This document shows positions 53,511 to 64,000 of a stretch of DNA of 64,000 nucleotides, piece after piece. The notes under the pieces were generated by a model. That model worked only from the letters and a program-made list of their open reading frames with translations. It was not told where the DNA came from and made no database searches. The position numbers and the translations under genes are program-made. The DNA comes from Trichosphaerium sp. ATCC 40318. Its lineage: Eukaryota > Protista > Tubulinea. The stretch spans positions 1-64,000 of the forward strand of contig JALMLS010000452.1 of the NCBI GenBank assembly GCA_038496445.1. The letters run 5' to 3'. Each line of letters begins with the position of its first letter. The first letter of the stretch is position 1.

Positions 53511-56500
53511 TTAATTTGATGTTATTTTCTCTAATTCTAGATTGGCTTGTTTAAGTTCTTCATTTTCTTTCAACACTTGTAGTAGCTTGTCATGTGTGGT
53601 TGGTTGTTGTATTTGAGGCTCATTCAAATAGCTAGAGGCCCATAATTGTCTTTGCACAAAAGTAAGTAAGGAAAGTGATTGATGCACACTTATTTTGTAC
53701 CGCTTATAGGTAAAGTTGTCACAATCGTCAGAATCAGACAAGTCATCGGAACCAGATTCACCAATATCCTTTGATGTTGCAGGTGATTTCTTTGCTCTTT
53801 TTGTTTGTTGTTTTGGTTTTCGCACAACTGTGATGATGTAACGAGCAACAGTCTGTACATCTAAAATCACAACTTAGTCAACAAGTACATCAAATAAATA
53901 TATAATCACTACCTTGAGCTACAACCAGTTCATCATATACCGCTGTGTCTATTTTATCTTGGCTTAACACCTGTCCTTTCCTGTTTACCAATACATAATG
54001 ACTTTGATATCCAGCTTTAATTGGCTTACCAACAAGATTGGAGTCATCTCGAGGGTTTTCTGTAACCTATCAATGCTTTGTAAATAACAAATCAATAGTG
54101 TGATTGGTTTCAGTTGTGTACAGGATATACATTCCCAGGCGTTACCAAACTAAGCACGAGTGTCTTCTTATCTTCACCAGATGTGTCGTATGCACAGGCA
54201 TACTCAATGCTGTGCTATTTCAAAAAAAAATAAGTAAGATTGTCAATGGTGACTTTTTTAAAAGCACGTACTGTAAAGTAGATTCCTTGTCCATAGTATC
54301 CAGAATCCAATGAACTTATCACTCCAAATCCAGCTTTTACAATACCCCAAGCGGCTTCACGAGTTGTTCCATGAACCATTAATACAACTGGTAGCTGATT
54401 ATGTGGTGAGATTTTATCATATTTCAGATACAAACTACCTGCTCTGAATTATTGTTTGTATGTAGGGTATTTTCGCCAACAAGTTCTGAACAACAACCTG
54501 CAACCTTTATTTTGTGATCGGTTGCCTGTTCCCAGTCATTTTTACAAAACAATTTATGAAGCTCTCTAAATAACAGCTAAGCTTATTTGTAGTGAATTAA
54601 GCAAGTATACATACTGATGTCTGTGTTTAAGTACTGTATTGTACATGCCAAAGTTTTGAGTCAACATATCATTGCAAACAAGATGAGCTTCTACAACATC
54701 ATATTCATCATAGCCGTGCATTTTTGACATATGTCGGTGAAGAAACTGTAGTTCTCTCTTGGCTACAATATCATTTTTATTTGAATCAAGAAGATTCAGT
54801 GTTCTATAGTGCGTTGCTTTTTCAATTGTACCCCTTTTTTGTTTGACAAAAACAGTTAAACATGAGTCAATAAATACAAGTGTAACTACTCACTTGCTGT
54901 TGGATCTATCCCAGGTGTGGGCATAATGTAATCTTGGATTTAAGTCCCATGACGTCTCACTTTTTAATCCTAAAAGGGTTATTGTCAAATATTGAAATAT
55001 GACAATGTTGTTGTTACCTATTGTGGAGGGTTTACCTCCATGATTTGGTGAGAAGGTATTACTGACTATGTGATTGCAAGCTGTGCATTCACATTTTTTG
55101 AAACTACCAATTTGCTTTGAGAGCTTCTACCCAAACCGTTAGCAAATATAAATATAAAATAAATACGTGGGTTTGATTATGTTGAGTAGCACAATAACCG
55201 CACAAATACAATCCATATTGAGAACAATCATAGCAAGCAAACGCTGTATAATGTTAATAAAAGAAATACCAACTAAACACATACTATCTTGCTTGGGTAC
55301 TTTTTGAAGAGAATTTGTACACCATCCTTCTTTTACACACATTTCAATAACAGACCCAGTTGTTGTATTACTCCACATGTCATCTGGTAAGTCGGATAGA
55401 ATTCCTTCCATCAGCTCTCCTTGCTGTAACCAAAAGCTCTGATATAAAAACAACAAATTAATGTACACGTATGCTTGTATTTTATGTTTGTACCGAAGAC
55501 TGTACAAACATGGGATTGTATGTACAAATCAAATGGCAAATGCCTTTTTGCATTGCAACTTTAAAATATGGACGTGTTGGCTTTGTGTGATTAGTGCTTA
55601 ATTGTTGGTAAAAAAGGCATACCAAGTATTGCAACCATTTTGCAAGATTGAGTCGCCAGTGAGGTATCTCTTTCATGTGTGCGCATGATAACCATAGTCC
55701 ACGACTGCATTGGTCATTTGGAAACAGTGTCAAAAGAGTTTCAAACACAATAATGAATGCAGGATCATCAGCAACTACCTGTTTTAGTATCTTTCTTAAA
55801 GCCATTTTCCATTTGAAAGTGATTAATGAAATGTCTCTAGCTTGTTTCAATAAAGTCAGTAAAACTGGGTTGTGTCCAGATAATGCTAATATGAATTAAG
55901 TGACTTCAAATCAAGTATATATACCTGCAGCATATAAAGCAGTACGCCCATTGTCTTGTTTGGATTCAATGTTGGCTCCTGATTCAAGTAATATTTTTAC
56001 CACATTATCATGTCCTTTAATGGCTAACAATTAAAGTTAATGTGAGTAGCAGATGTTGTTATGTTTAAACAGTATCACACCTGCAATAATTAAAGCAGTA
56101 CGTCCATCATTTTGTTTGGCTTCAATGTTGGCTCCTGATTCAAGTAATACTTTTATCACATTATCATGTCCTTTAATGGCTAACAATTAAAGTTAATGTA
56201 ACAGATGTTGTTATGGTTAAGCATTATCATACCTGCATCAATTAAAGCAGTACATCCATCATTTTCTTTGGCTTCAATGTTGGCTCCTGATTCAAGTAAT
56301 ACTTTTATCACATTATCATGTCCATACATGGCTAATTAAAGTGTATGTGAGTAACAAATGTTGTTATGTTTAAACAGTATCATACCTGCAATAATTAAAG
56401 CAGTACGTCCATCGTCTTGTTTGGCTTCAATGTTGGCTCCTGATTCAAGTAATACTTTTATCACATTATCATGTCCTTTATACGCTAACAATTAAAGTTA

Positions 56501-59126
56501 ATGTGAGTAACAGATGTTGTTATGTTTAAACAGTATCATACCTGCAATAATTAAAGCAGTACATCCATAGTTTTCTTTGGCTTCAATGTTGGCTCCTGAT
56601 TCAATTAATACTTTTACCACATTATCATGTCCTTCAATGGCTAACAATTAAAGTGTATGTGAGTAACAGATGTTGTTATATTTAAAAAGTATCATACCTG
56701 CAATAATTAAAGCAGTACATCCATCGTCTTGTTTGGCTTCAATGTTGGCTCCTGATTCAAGTAATACTTTTATCACATTATCATGTCCTTTAATGGCTAA
56801 CAATTAAAGTTAATGTGAATAACAGATGTTGTTATGTTTAAACAGTATCATACCTGCAACAATTAAAGCAGTACGGTCATTATTTTCTTTGGCTTCAATA
56901 TTGGCTCCTGATTCAAGTAATATTTTTACCATATTATCGTCTCCTTCAATGGCTAACAATTAAAGTGTATGTGAGTAACAGATGTTGTTATATTTAAAAC
57001 AGTATCATACCTGCAATAATTAAAGCAGTATGTCCATTATTTTGTTTGGCTTCAATGTTGGCTCCTGATTCAAGTAATATTTTTATCACATTATTGTCTC
57101 CTTTATTGGCTAACAATTAAAGTGTATGTGAGTAACAAATGTTGTTATATTTAAAACACTATCATACCTGCATTAATTAAAGCAATACGTACATTGCGTA
57201 TTTTAGCTTCAATGTTGGCTCCTGGTTCATGTGATATTTTTACCATTTTATCATATCCTTCAATGACTAACAATTAAAGTGTATGTGAGTAACAGATGTT
57301 GTTATATTTTAAACACTATCATACCTGCACCAATTAAAGCAGTACATCCATCGTCTCGTTTAGCTTCAATGTTGGCTCCTGATTCAAGTAATATTTTTAC
57401 CACATTATCATGTCCACACATGGCTAACAATTAAAGTTAATGTGAGTAACAGATGTTGTTATGTATAAACAGTATCATACCTGCAATAATTAAAGCAGTA
57501 CGTCCATTATTTTCTTTGGCTTCAATGTTGGCTCCTGATTCAAGTAATACTTTTATCACATTATCGTCTCCTTTATTGGCTAACAATTAAAGTGTATGTG
57601 AGTAACAAATGTTATGTTTAAAACAGTATCATACCTGCAATAATTAAAGCAGTACATCCATTGTCTTCTTCAGCTTCAATGTTGGCTCCTGATTCAAGTA
57701 ATACTTTTACCATTTTATCATGTCCATACATGGCTAACAATTAAAGTTAATGTGAGTAACAGATGTTGTTATGTTTAAACAGTATCACACCTGCAACAAT
57801 TAAAGCAGTACGTCCATTATTTTGTTTGGCTTCAATATTGGCTCCTGATTCAAGTAATACTTTTATCACATTATCATGTCCTTTAATGACTAACAATTAA
57901 AGTGTATGTGAGTAACAGATGTTGTTATATTTAAAACAGTATCATACCTGCAGCAATTAAAGCAGTACATCCATCGTCTTCTTTGGCTTCAATGTTGGCT
58001 CCTGATTCAAGTAATACTTTAACTACTTTATCATGTCCTTTAATGGCTAATTAAAGTTTATGTGAGTAGTAGATGTTGTTATGTTTAAACAGTATCATAC
58101 CTGCAATAATTAAAGCAGTACATCCATAGTTTTCTTTGGCTTCAATGTTGGCTCCTGATTCAAGTAATACTTTTACCATTTTATCGTCTCCTTCAAGGGC
58201 TAACAATTAAAGTGTATGTGAGTAACAGATGTTGTTATATTTTAAACAGTATCACACCTGCACCAATTAAAGCAGTACATCCATCGTCTCGTTTGGCTTC
58301 AATGTTGGCTCCTGATTCAAGTAATATTTTTACCACATTATCGTCTCCTCCAAGGGCTAACAATTAAAGTGTGTGAGTAACAGATGTTGCCACGTTTAAA
58401 ACAGTATCATACCTGCAATAATTAAAGCAGTACATCCATAGTTTTCTTTGGCTTCAATGTTGGCTCCTGATTCAAGTAATACTTTTACCACATTATCATG
58501 TCCACACATGGCTAACAATTAAAGTGTATGTGAGTAACAAATGTTGTTATATTAAAAACAGTATCATACCTGCAATAATTAAAGCAGTACATCCATGGTC
58601 TTCTTTGGCTTCAATGTTGGCTCCTGATTCAAGTAATACTTTTATCACTTTATCATGTCCTCCAATGGCTAACGATTAAAGTGTATGTGAGTAGTAGATG
58701 TTGTTATGTTTAAAACAGTATCATACCTGCAATAATTAAAGCAGTACGCCCATATTTTTGTTTGGCTTCAATGTTCAATCTTGATTGTATGCATAACATT
58801 ACAATAACATGGAGATTGTTGCTAGCTACAAATTGGGTTGATACTTAACTGTTGGCAAATACAAACCTGAGTAGAATAGAATGTCTTTTGCTGTCTCAAG
58901 AGAATGTAGTGTTTGTTTCAGCACATCACCTAAAGGAGCAGCGATGTTAAAAAAAGCGAACATGTTTAAACCAAGGGAGGTACATGTTGTAATATTGAGG
59001 TATTTGCATTGAAGCTGCGCCAATTCGGCTATTGAAGAACTTTTAATAAACGTAGAGGCAGATCAAAGATTCGCTTCTATTACCTTTTAATTCTGATGAT
59101 TCTTTGATGCTATGTTGGCCGCCCAT
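53511..59126 (-). CDS. MGxxxS-ankyrin(19 exons)-UBR-like zinc finger-PARP-type ADP-ribosyltransferase, copy B
   Basis: ATG at 59126 (MGGQHS). Nineteen 99-nt phase-1 ankyrin exons 55925-58825. Zn finger CYDC..LCGYCATQH..CECTAC. ART motifs VHGT, GYYGQGIYFT, YDELVV. Exon-intron structure matches copy A. Confidence 0.88.
55925..58775 (-). repeat. Tandem array of ~18 exon+intron units (~152-157 bp), each encoding one ankyrin repeat
   Basis: Exon lower coordinates at 55925, 56081, 56233, 56386, 56542, 56698, 56854, 57011, 57168, 57325, 57481, 57635, 57791, 57948, 58101, 58258, 58413, 58570 (cap exon at 58727). Each exon is 99 nt, consensus AIKGHDNVIKVLLESGANIEAKQDDGCTALIIA, separated by a conserved GTATGATAC...TTAG intron. 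Confidence 0.95.
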
Positions 59127-61849
59127 GAAGCGTTGTCACCAGTGCTGATTGTACGGTAAAATGGATTTAAGTTTTGCCGACGGTTCATCGAATTACTTGT
59201 GTTCCGGCTCGGTGTACATTGTTTGCGTTCAACATATCTCCTCGTTCATATACAGCCTTTTCCCATACGTACGATGAGAAGATACGGAGATAATACATTA
59301 TGGCGCAATACAACGAGCAAACCCAAAAATACGGTTCGTTTGCTTAAAATTATGCGCCATTTGCAGTTTTTGGCGGTTTTTTTTACGTTCCTTTTTAATA
59401 CTACAACTACTGCCAAAAATTGGCTGTTCATGGTACGTGTATAGTATAAAGAGGATTAAATCACTGGTTTGCCATCAGATTCCATGGGTAACGCACGTTA
59501 CGATAATGACATTATCATAACGAGAACAGCGAGTTCGTTGAGCAGGTTTATGCTCTATCTCGCCACGCTACAGGACATCATTTACTTTTTTTTTGAAAAT
59601 CACGTGGCAAGATAGATTTTTGCTCGCTGTATTTGTTTACAAGGTTTTTTTTTCTATCCGACGCTTCTATCACGTATCGTAGCAATTAAAATAGCGTAAT
59701 GGAGCGAAAGATTAAAACATAAAGTATGAAATAGCAACCAATTACGCCATTAAACGCTATCTACGCGCTAATTATATTAATTAGAGCTTACTGGTTACAT
59801 TGCAGGTTTAAAGAGCAAACCAAGCGATTTTAGTTTTCATTGCCTTTATTGTCGTAATACACAATACGTTCGTTGCGGTATGATATTGAGCTCTCTTCCA
59901 AAGTTATCCAAAGCTGTCATAAGGGCACAAGTACCGAATGAATCAGAACTTTTGCAACAACTTTGACATAGTTGTATTGGTACAGCCTGCTACTTGTTTA
60001 ACAAACTAATGTAAAAGCAGACTCTAAACCGTAGTGAACTCGTCTCCAATGGTGATACAACGTAATCCAGCAGTAGCAATAAGATCAGAATTGCAAATGT
60101 ACTGAAAATAAGATTCCTTTCTTGCAACACTCTGCTTCAGTCAATGGCTTTGGTCCGTACCCTGACAGTTAATACTTAATCAACTTTGAAAGATATACCA
60201 GTTGTCACTGACCAGTGCTCAGTCATAACACTAGACTCATAGTAATTGATTAAGAAGCTACTTTATCAATAACCCATGCTCAAGGATAGTACGTCTTGTG
60301 TTACGTATGATAAAGTTAATTTGAGCTCACATCTTATTTCAATGATGTCCGTACTTGGAATTGATACAAATAGCTTTCGCGGTCTTTTTCAGGAACGACT
60401 CAGTCCAGTCTTTGTTTGTCGACACAACTTTAAGACCGAGTGATTAATAGCACTAGAAATAAGTGATTGTTTTTCTTTGCCATGTGGTGCTTAAATGTTG
60501 TTTTACTGCCAACCTATTGCCAACTAGGAAAGGTGTAGAAATAGCAAGAAAATAAAGGATGCATTTGAAACTATGCTTAATTGAAAAGACATGAGATTCT
60601 TTACGTTGTTATTTTCCTCATTTCACACAATAACTCTGCTTTTGTCCTGCGTAGCAATGACTATTGAAGTTATTGTTACAAGCGACTTACAATACGAAAT
60701 TTTATTTCTCTTTTTATTCTTATATTGCATCATCTCTTCGGATCTCTTCGGATTATCACCATCCATATACAATAACAGAAAAAACAAATAAACAACTTAA
60801 AATCAAACGGGATTGCAAGTCACGTGCCAAGATGTCTGTACATCTCGAATTACTCTAAATGCTTTATTGTTTGTAAGTGGTTAAGACTGGTAGAATAAAT
60901 AAGGCCGGCCAATTATATCCTACAATAATTGAAAGTGTAGAAAGTGCAAAGTTGCCTTGAATTTTACAAAACTCGCACAAACATTACTTATTGATAGGCA
61001 CCAAGTTTATGTACGCTAAATGTTCTTTGTCTATCCTCTTGCTTACATGTATCTGTTCAGAGCGTTTCTTAGTATTTAGCGTGAATTTGGAGACTGAGAA
61101 TTGTGCTATTTCTAACCAGAAAATTTGGTTGCACATGCTGAGTCAACGTCTGGAAAACTTGGTGAGATTACTGGTGATACTCATGGCGTTGCAAATCTTG
61201 TTGAAGGAAATATTATAAACAAGGTAAAGGACAATTTGGTGGAAAACTTAACAAGTCTTACTAATATCTTTCCAACAGGGTGCCTTTTAGCTTTTGGGAC
61301 TGCCCCCGTAAAACTCAAACCATGTTTGTATTTTTTTGCTTGATATTATTTGGACCTATGCATCGAACAAAAACGAATTTCAAAGCCATTAGGAGCATGC
61401 AGGACTTAAAAAAAGAATGTTGTAACACCAACAAAATCTCACATTTTTAAATGGTTTAGCCGATTACAGATTTTGTAGAAGAGTTTCTTAGCCGTTGGCT
61501 TTGCCGGGACTGGACCACGAACACCTCTAATTCAATACAATTGAACACTTTTTTACTTCACGGTCGCATAGCATGTGCAACCAAGTTTTTTCTTTCTGGT
61601 TAGAAATGATACCAGTTATCTTTTTAACTTATATTAATATTGTAGGTGACAGTACTGGAAAACTGGTGAACCAACATCAACTTCTGACTATGAAAAAATC
61701 TGTAAATGTCACGTGACACTGTAGTGTTCCTTTCACGGAAGTGTCATGAAAATGGCATTGGTAACAGCTATCCCAAAAACTTTGTGGTCTCATACCAGCG
61801 AATGTATTGGCTTTGAGATGAATGCTGCCATCGTAACATCAGAACAGAA

Positions 61850-62000
61850 CAAACAACAGCCAGATTTTCATTGCTTTGAAGACTGTCAACATGAAAGAAA
61901 AGAAGTAGAAGGCAACCTGATGATTCTATGCGATCACTACGATGTATGGTTCCACTATAATGCCTCAATTGGGACGATAGACATTGAGGAAAAAGTCTAA
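61850..62000 (+). pseudogene. Degenerate PHD-finger-like fragment in probable transposon debris
   Basis: FHCFEDCQ..NLMILCDHYDVWFHYNA resembles the PHD core MIxCDxCxxWFH with lost cysteines. Confidence 0.35.
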
Positions 62001-63090
62001 GGCTGAACAATGGATTTGTGATTCTTGTAAAAAACATTTAACAAAAGTTACAGAAGGACGTGCTCACCTGACCACAGAAATGTTGAAAACATGACAAAAA
62101 GTATTGTACAAGGATATTGCCTCAAAAAGCAAGGAAACAAAGATATACTCATTGATAGACTGACAAATCGACAAATCCTGAGTGTTTAGAAAATAATAAA
62201 GCTCAAAAAATTGGGCTCCACGGAATGAAAAACCAGTTCTTCGCAACTTCTATTGTTCAGTACTTCGGAGCAACAACGGACGTAGAAAGTAATAAGGCTT
62301 GCTAACTCAAAGTGTGCTGTTAGAAAATTGCAAAACAATAAAGCACATATTAGAAGTAGTTCGAAATTTGTTTGACATACGCCAAGCGTTTGTACTACTG
62401 ATGTAATTTATCTACTTTTGTCCAGCCTGGGAATTATGATTGTTGATTCCGTACTCCAATACGTTGTTTTACGCGTAAGGAAACGTTTTATAATACTCGT
62501 TGTCCCAAACTAGGTGCCATTACAGTCTTTAATAGAGAACCAACCGCAAGGTAGTATTGTATATCGTAGACGTCTGTTGAACAAGGAAGGTCAAAACGAG
62601 AACACCAACACACTAGGAGAGTACTTTCATTGTATTTTTGTCCCATATCAGTGCAGTTTGAAACCACGATTGTTACACTGAAACGAACGATAGACCTAGT
62701 TGGAGCTTTCGCACGGCAATTGCCAGCCCGCTCCTATTTTCTACTTGCATTATGCACGAGCGATAGATTTTACATCCGTTGCTGGCTTATGCAAGGAGAG
62801 GCGCCTATTTGTGTTGAAACTAACAAAGTGATAGAGCTCTAATTGAAGCTTTCGTACAGAACATCACAGCGTTTTTTGATTACGTAAACACAGTTTGCGT
62901 AAGGGCAATTAGGTTTTGTGGCAAACGGCCATTTTATGGTTTACAATAGCACAATTGCAACCTCAACAGTATGCGCGCATGTTTGCAACGTCACAATAAA
63001 ACAGCTCACAAAATTATAAGATGGTTTGAGGGAGAGCCTTTTTCAAAGGATCGCTCGGTGGTGCTTTGGCAGTATGATAGGGAAAAGAAT

Positions 63091-63259
63091 AAACCACAAC
63101 GGAGCTGCACGAGGTAACAGTAAACCCTTATCACCTACGAATGGGATACCTCTACAATAAAGGCTAAACAGAGTTCAGCCAATACTCCATGTTGTTGCAG
63201 CGTAGTTCTTTCCTCCACAAGAAGCAAAGTCATGCTTTTTCTTTAACGGTAGTTTTTTG
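63091..63259. repeat. ~169-bp dispersed repeat, copy 2 (partner at 5500-5668)
   Basis: Near-identical to 5500-5668. The upstream flank 62890-63060 is also weakly similar to 5240-5370. Confidence 0.95.
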
Positions 63260-64000
63260 AATTCTTTCTCAATAAAAATTAGTTGCTTTTCATGTTACTA
63301 GTACTAGGTCTTTGCTCAGTAAATTCATCTTTCTACGCCGTGTGAAATATCGTAGTAGCTATCAGCCAAAGCGTAACTCGCCACGCCAAGACGATAAGGG
63401 TTGCTAAGCACAAGTACTCTAGCTGAGAATACACACATTCCGTGCGTGTACAAGTAAATTAACTTTGGTCGCTCCTGCATTGCACTATACTGGTTATGTA
63501 CATATTGCGTTAGTTGCATCGTCCCATACTTTTGATGTTATAGCTTTTAAAAAGTTCGCTATCAGTACACAACGACTAGCTAGACTTCTTGTGCCCAGCG
63601 ATCAACAGTTTTTGTGTGCGTCTGTTCTTGTCCTAGGCTATTTGTTTTTAGAAAGTCTGTGGACTTTTAACACTACGTTTATTCCTCTGAATTGTAGTCG
63701 ATTGCGCGCTAACTTGGTTACATGGTTAGAAAAGTAACAAGAGAAATCAAATCTAACATTTGTCACATTCGCTCAGTGTTCTTTGAAATCAGACTTTAGT
63801 CGTAGTTTTATTCCTAATTAGTGCTATCGGTACTGCAGCTCTCCAATTGGATTGAAAAAAACCGCCTAGCACACTAGGTATTCACATCCTAATGTACATA
63901 CCCGCAAAAAGGCATCGACTAAAATGTAGACATTTTGACATGTGTCAAATTTTACGCAATTTTGGCTTAACATAACATCAAGTGTAACGTGACGCCTAAA

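Noticed and set aside
55925-58775. Tandem array as a CRISPR array or non-coding satellite
   Set aside because: There are no unique spacers or cas genes. Each unit is a 99-nt stop-free ankyrin exon flanked by AG/GT, in a eukaryotic gene.
48873-59126. Calling the ANK-ART genes tankyrase (TNKS)
   Set aside because: No SAM domain is visible, there is an extra Zn finger and an MGxxxS start, and the ART motifs differ from the tankyrase type.
59400-62900. Possible genes or a classifiable transposon in the right-hand region
   Set aside because: Only weak fragments (VVPEKDRESYL on the minus strand near 60370-60400 and a PHD-like piece). No coherent exon chain, so most likely old TE debris.

Overview
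Eukaryotic, AT-rich, gene-dense DNA with many short (about 40-150 nt) spliceosomal introns, so the ORF track shows mostly exon fragments and antisense shadows. The gene content (Frizzled-like 7TM, Zn2Cys6 TF, C2-PLD, GH114, PARP-like ART) suggests a free-living protist, probably an amoebozoan (inference). 1-8.2 kb is decayed transposons: a Ty3/gypsy relic with a nested TIR element, plus a LINE relic. 8.2-46.4 kb holds ordinary spliced genes: a Reeler-domain secreted protein, Ras, two 7TM receptors, a Zn2Cys6 TF, SPAG7, UFL1, GH114, C2-PLD, SDA1 and a large surface protein. The standout region is 47-59.3 kb. It contains a tail-to-tail inverted pair of genes encoding MGxxxS(myristoylation-like)-ankyrin repeats-UBR-like Zn finger-PARP-type (H-Y-E) ADP-ribosyltransferase, with a hairpin on the symmetry axis and a third relic copy nearby. 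In the minus copy the ankyrin region is 19 phase-1 exons of exactly 99 nt, 18 of them near-identical exon+intron cassettes whose differences cluster at predicted binding-surface positions. This is a candidate diversifying receptor-effector (immune-like) system. All gene models were spliced by eye and boundaries are approximate.
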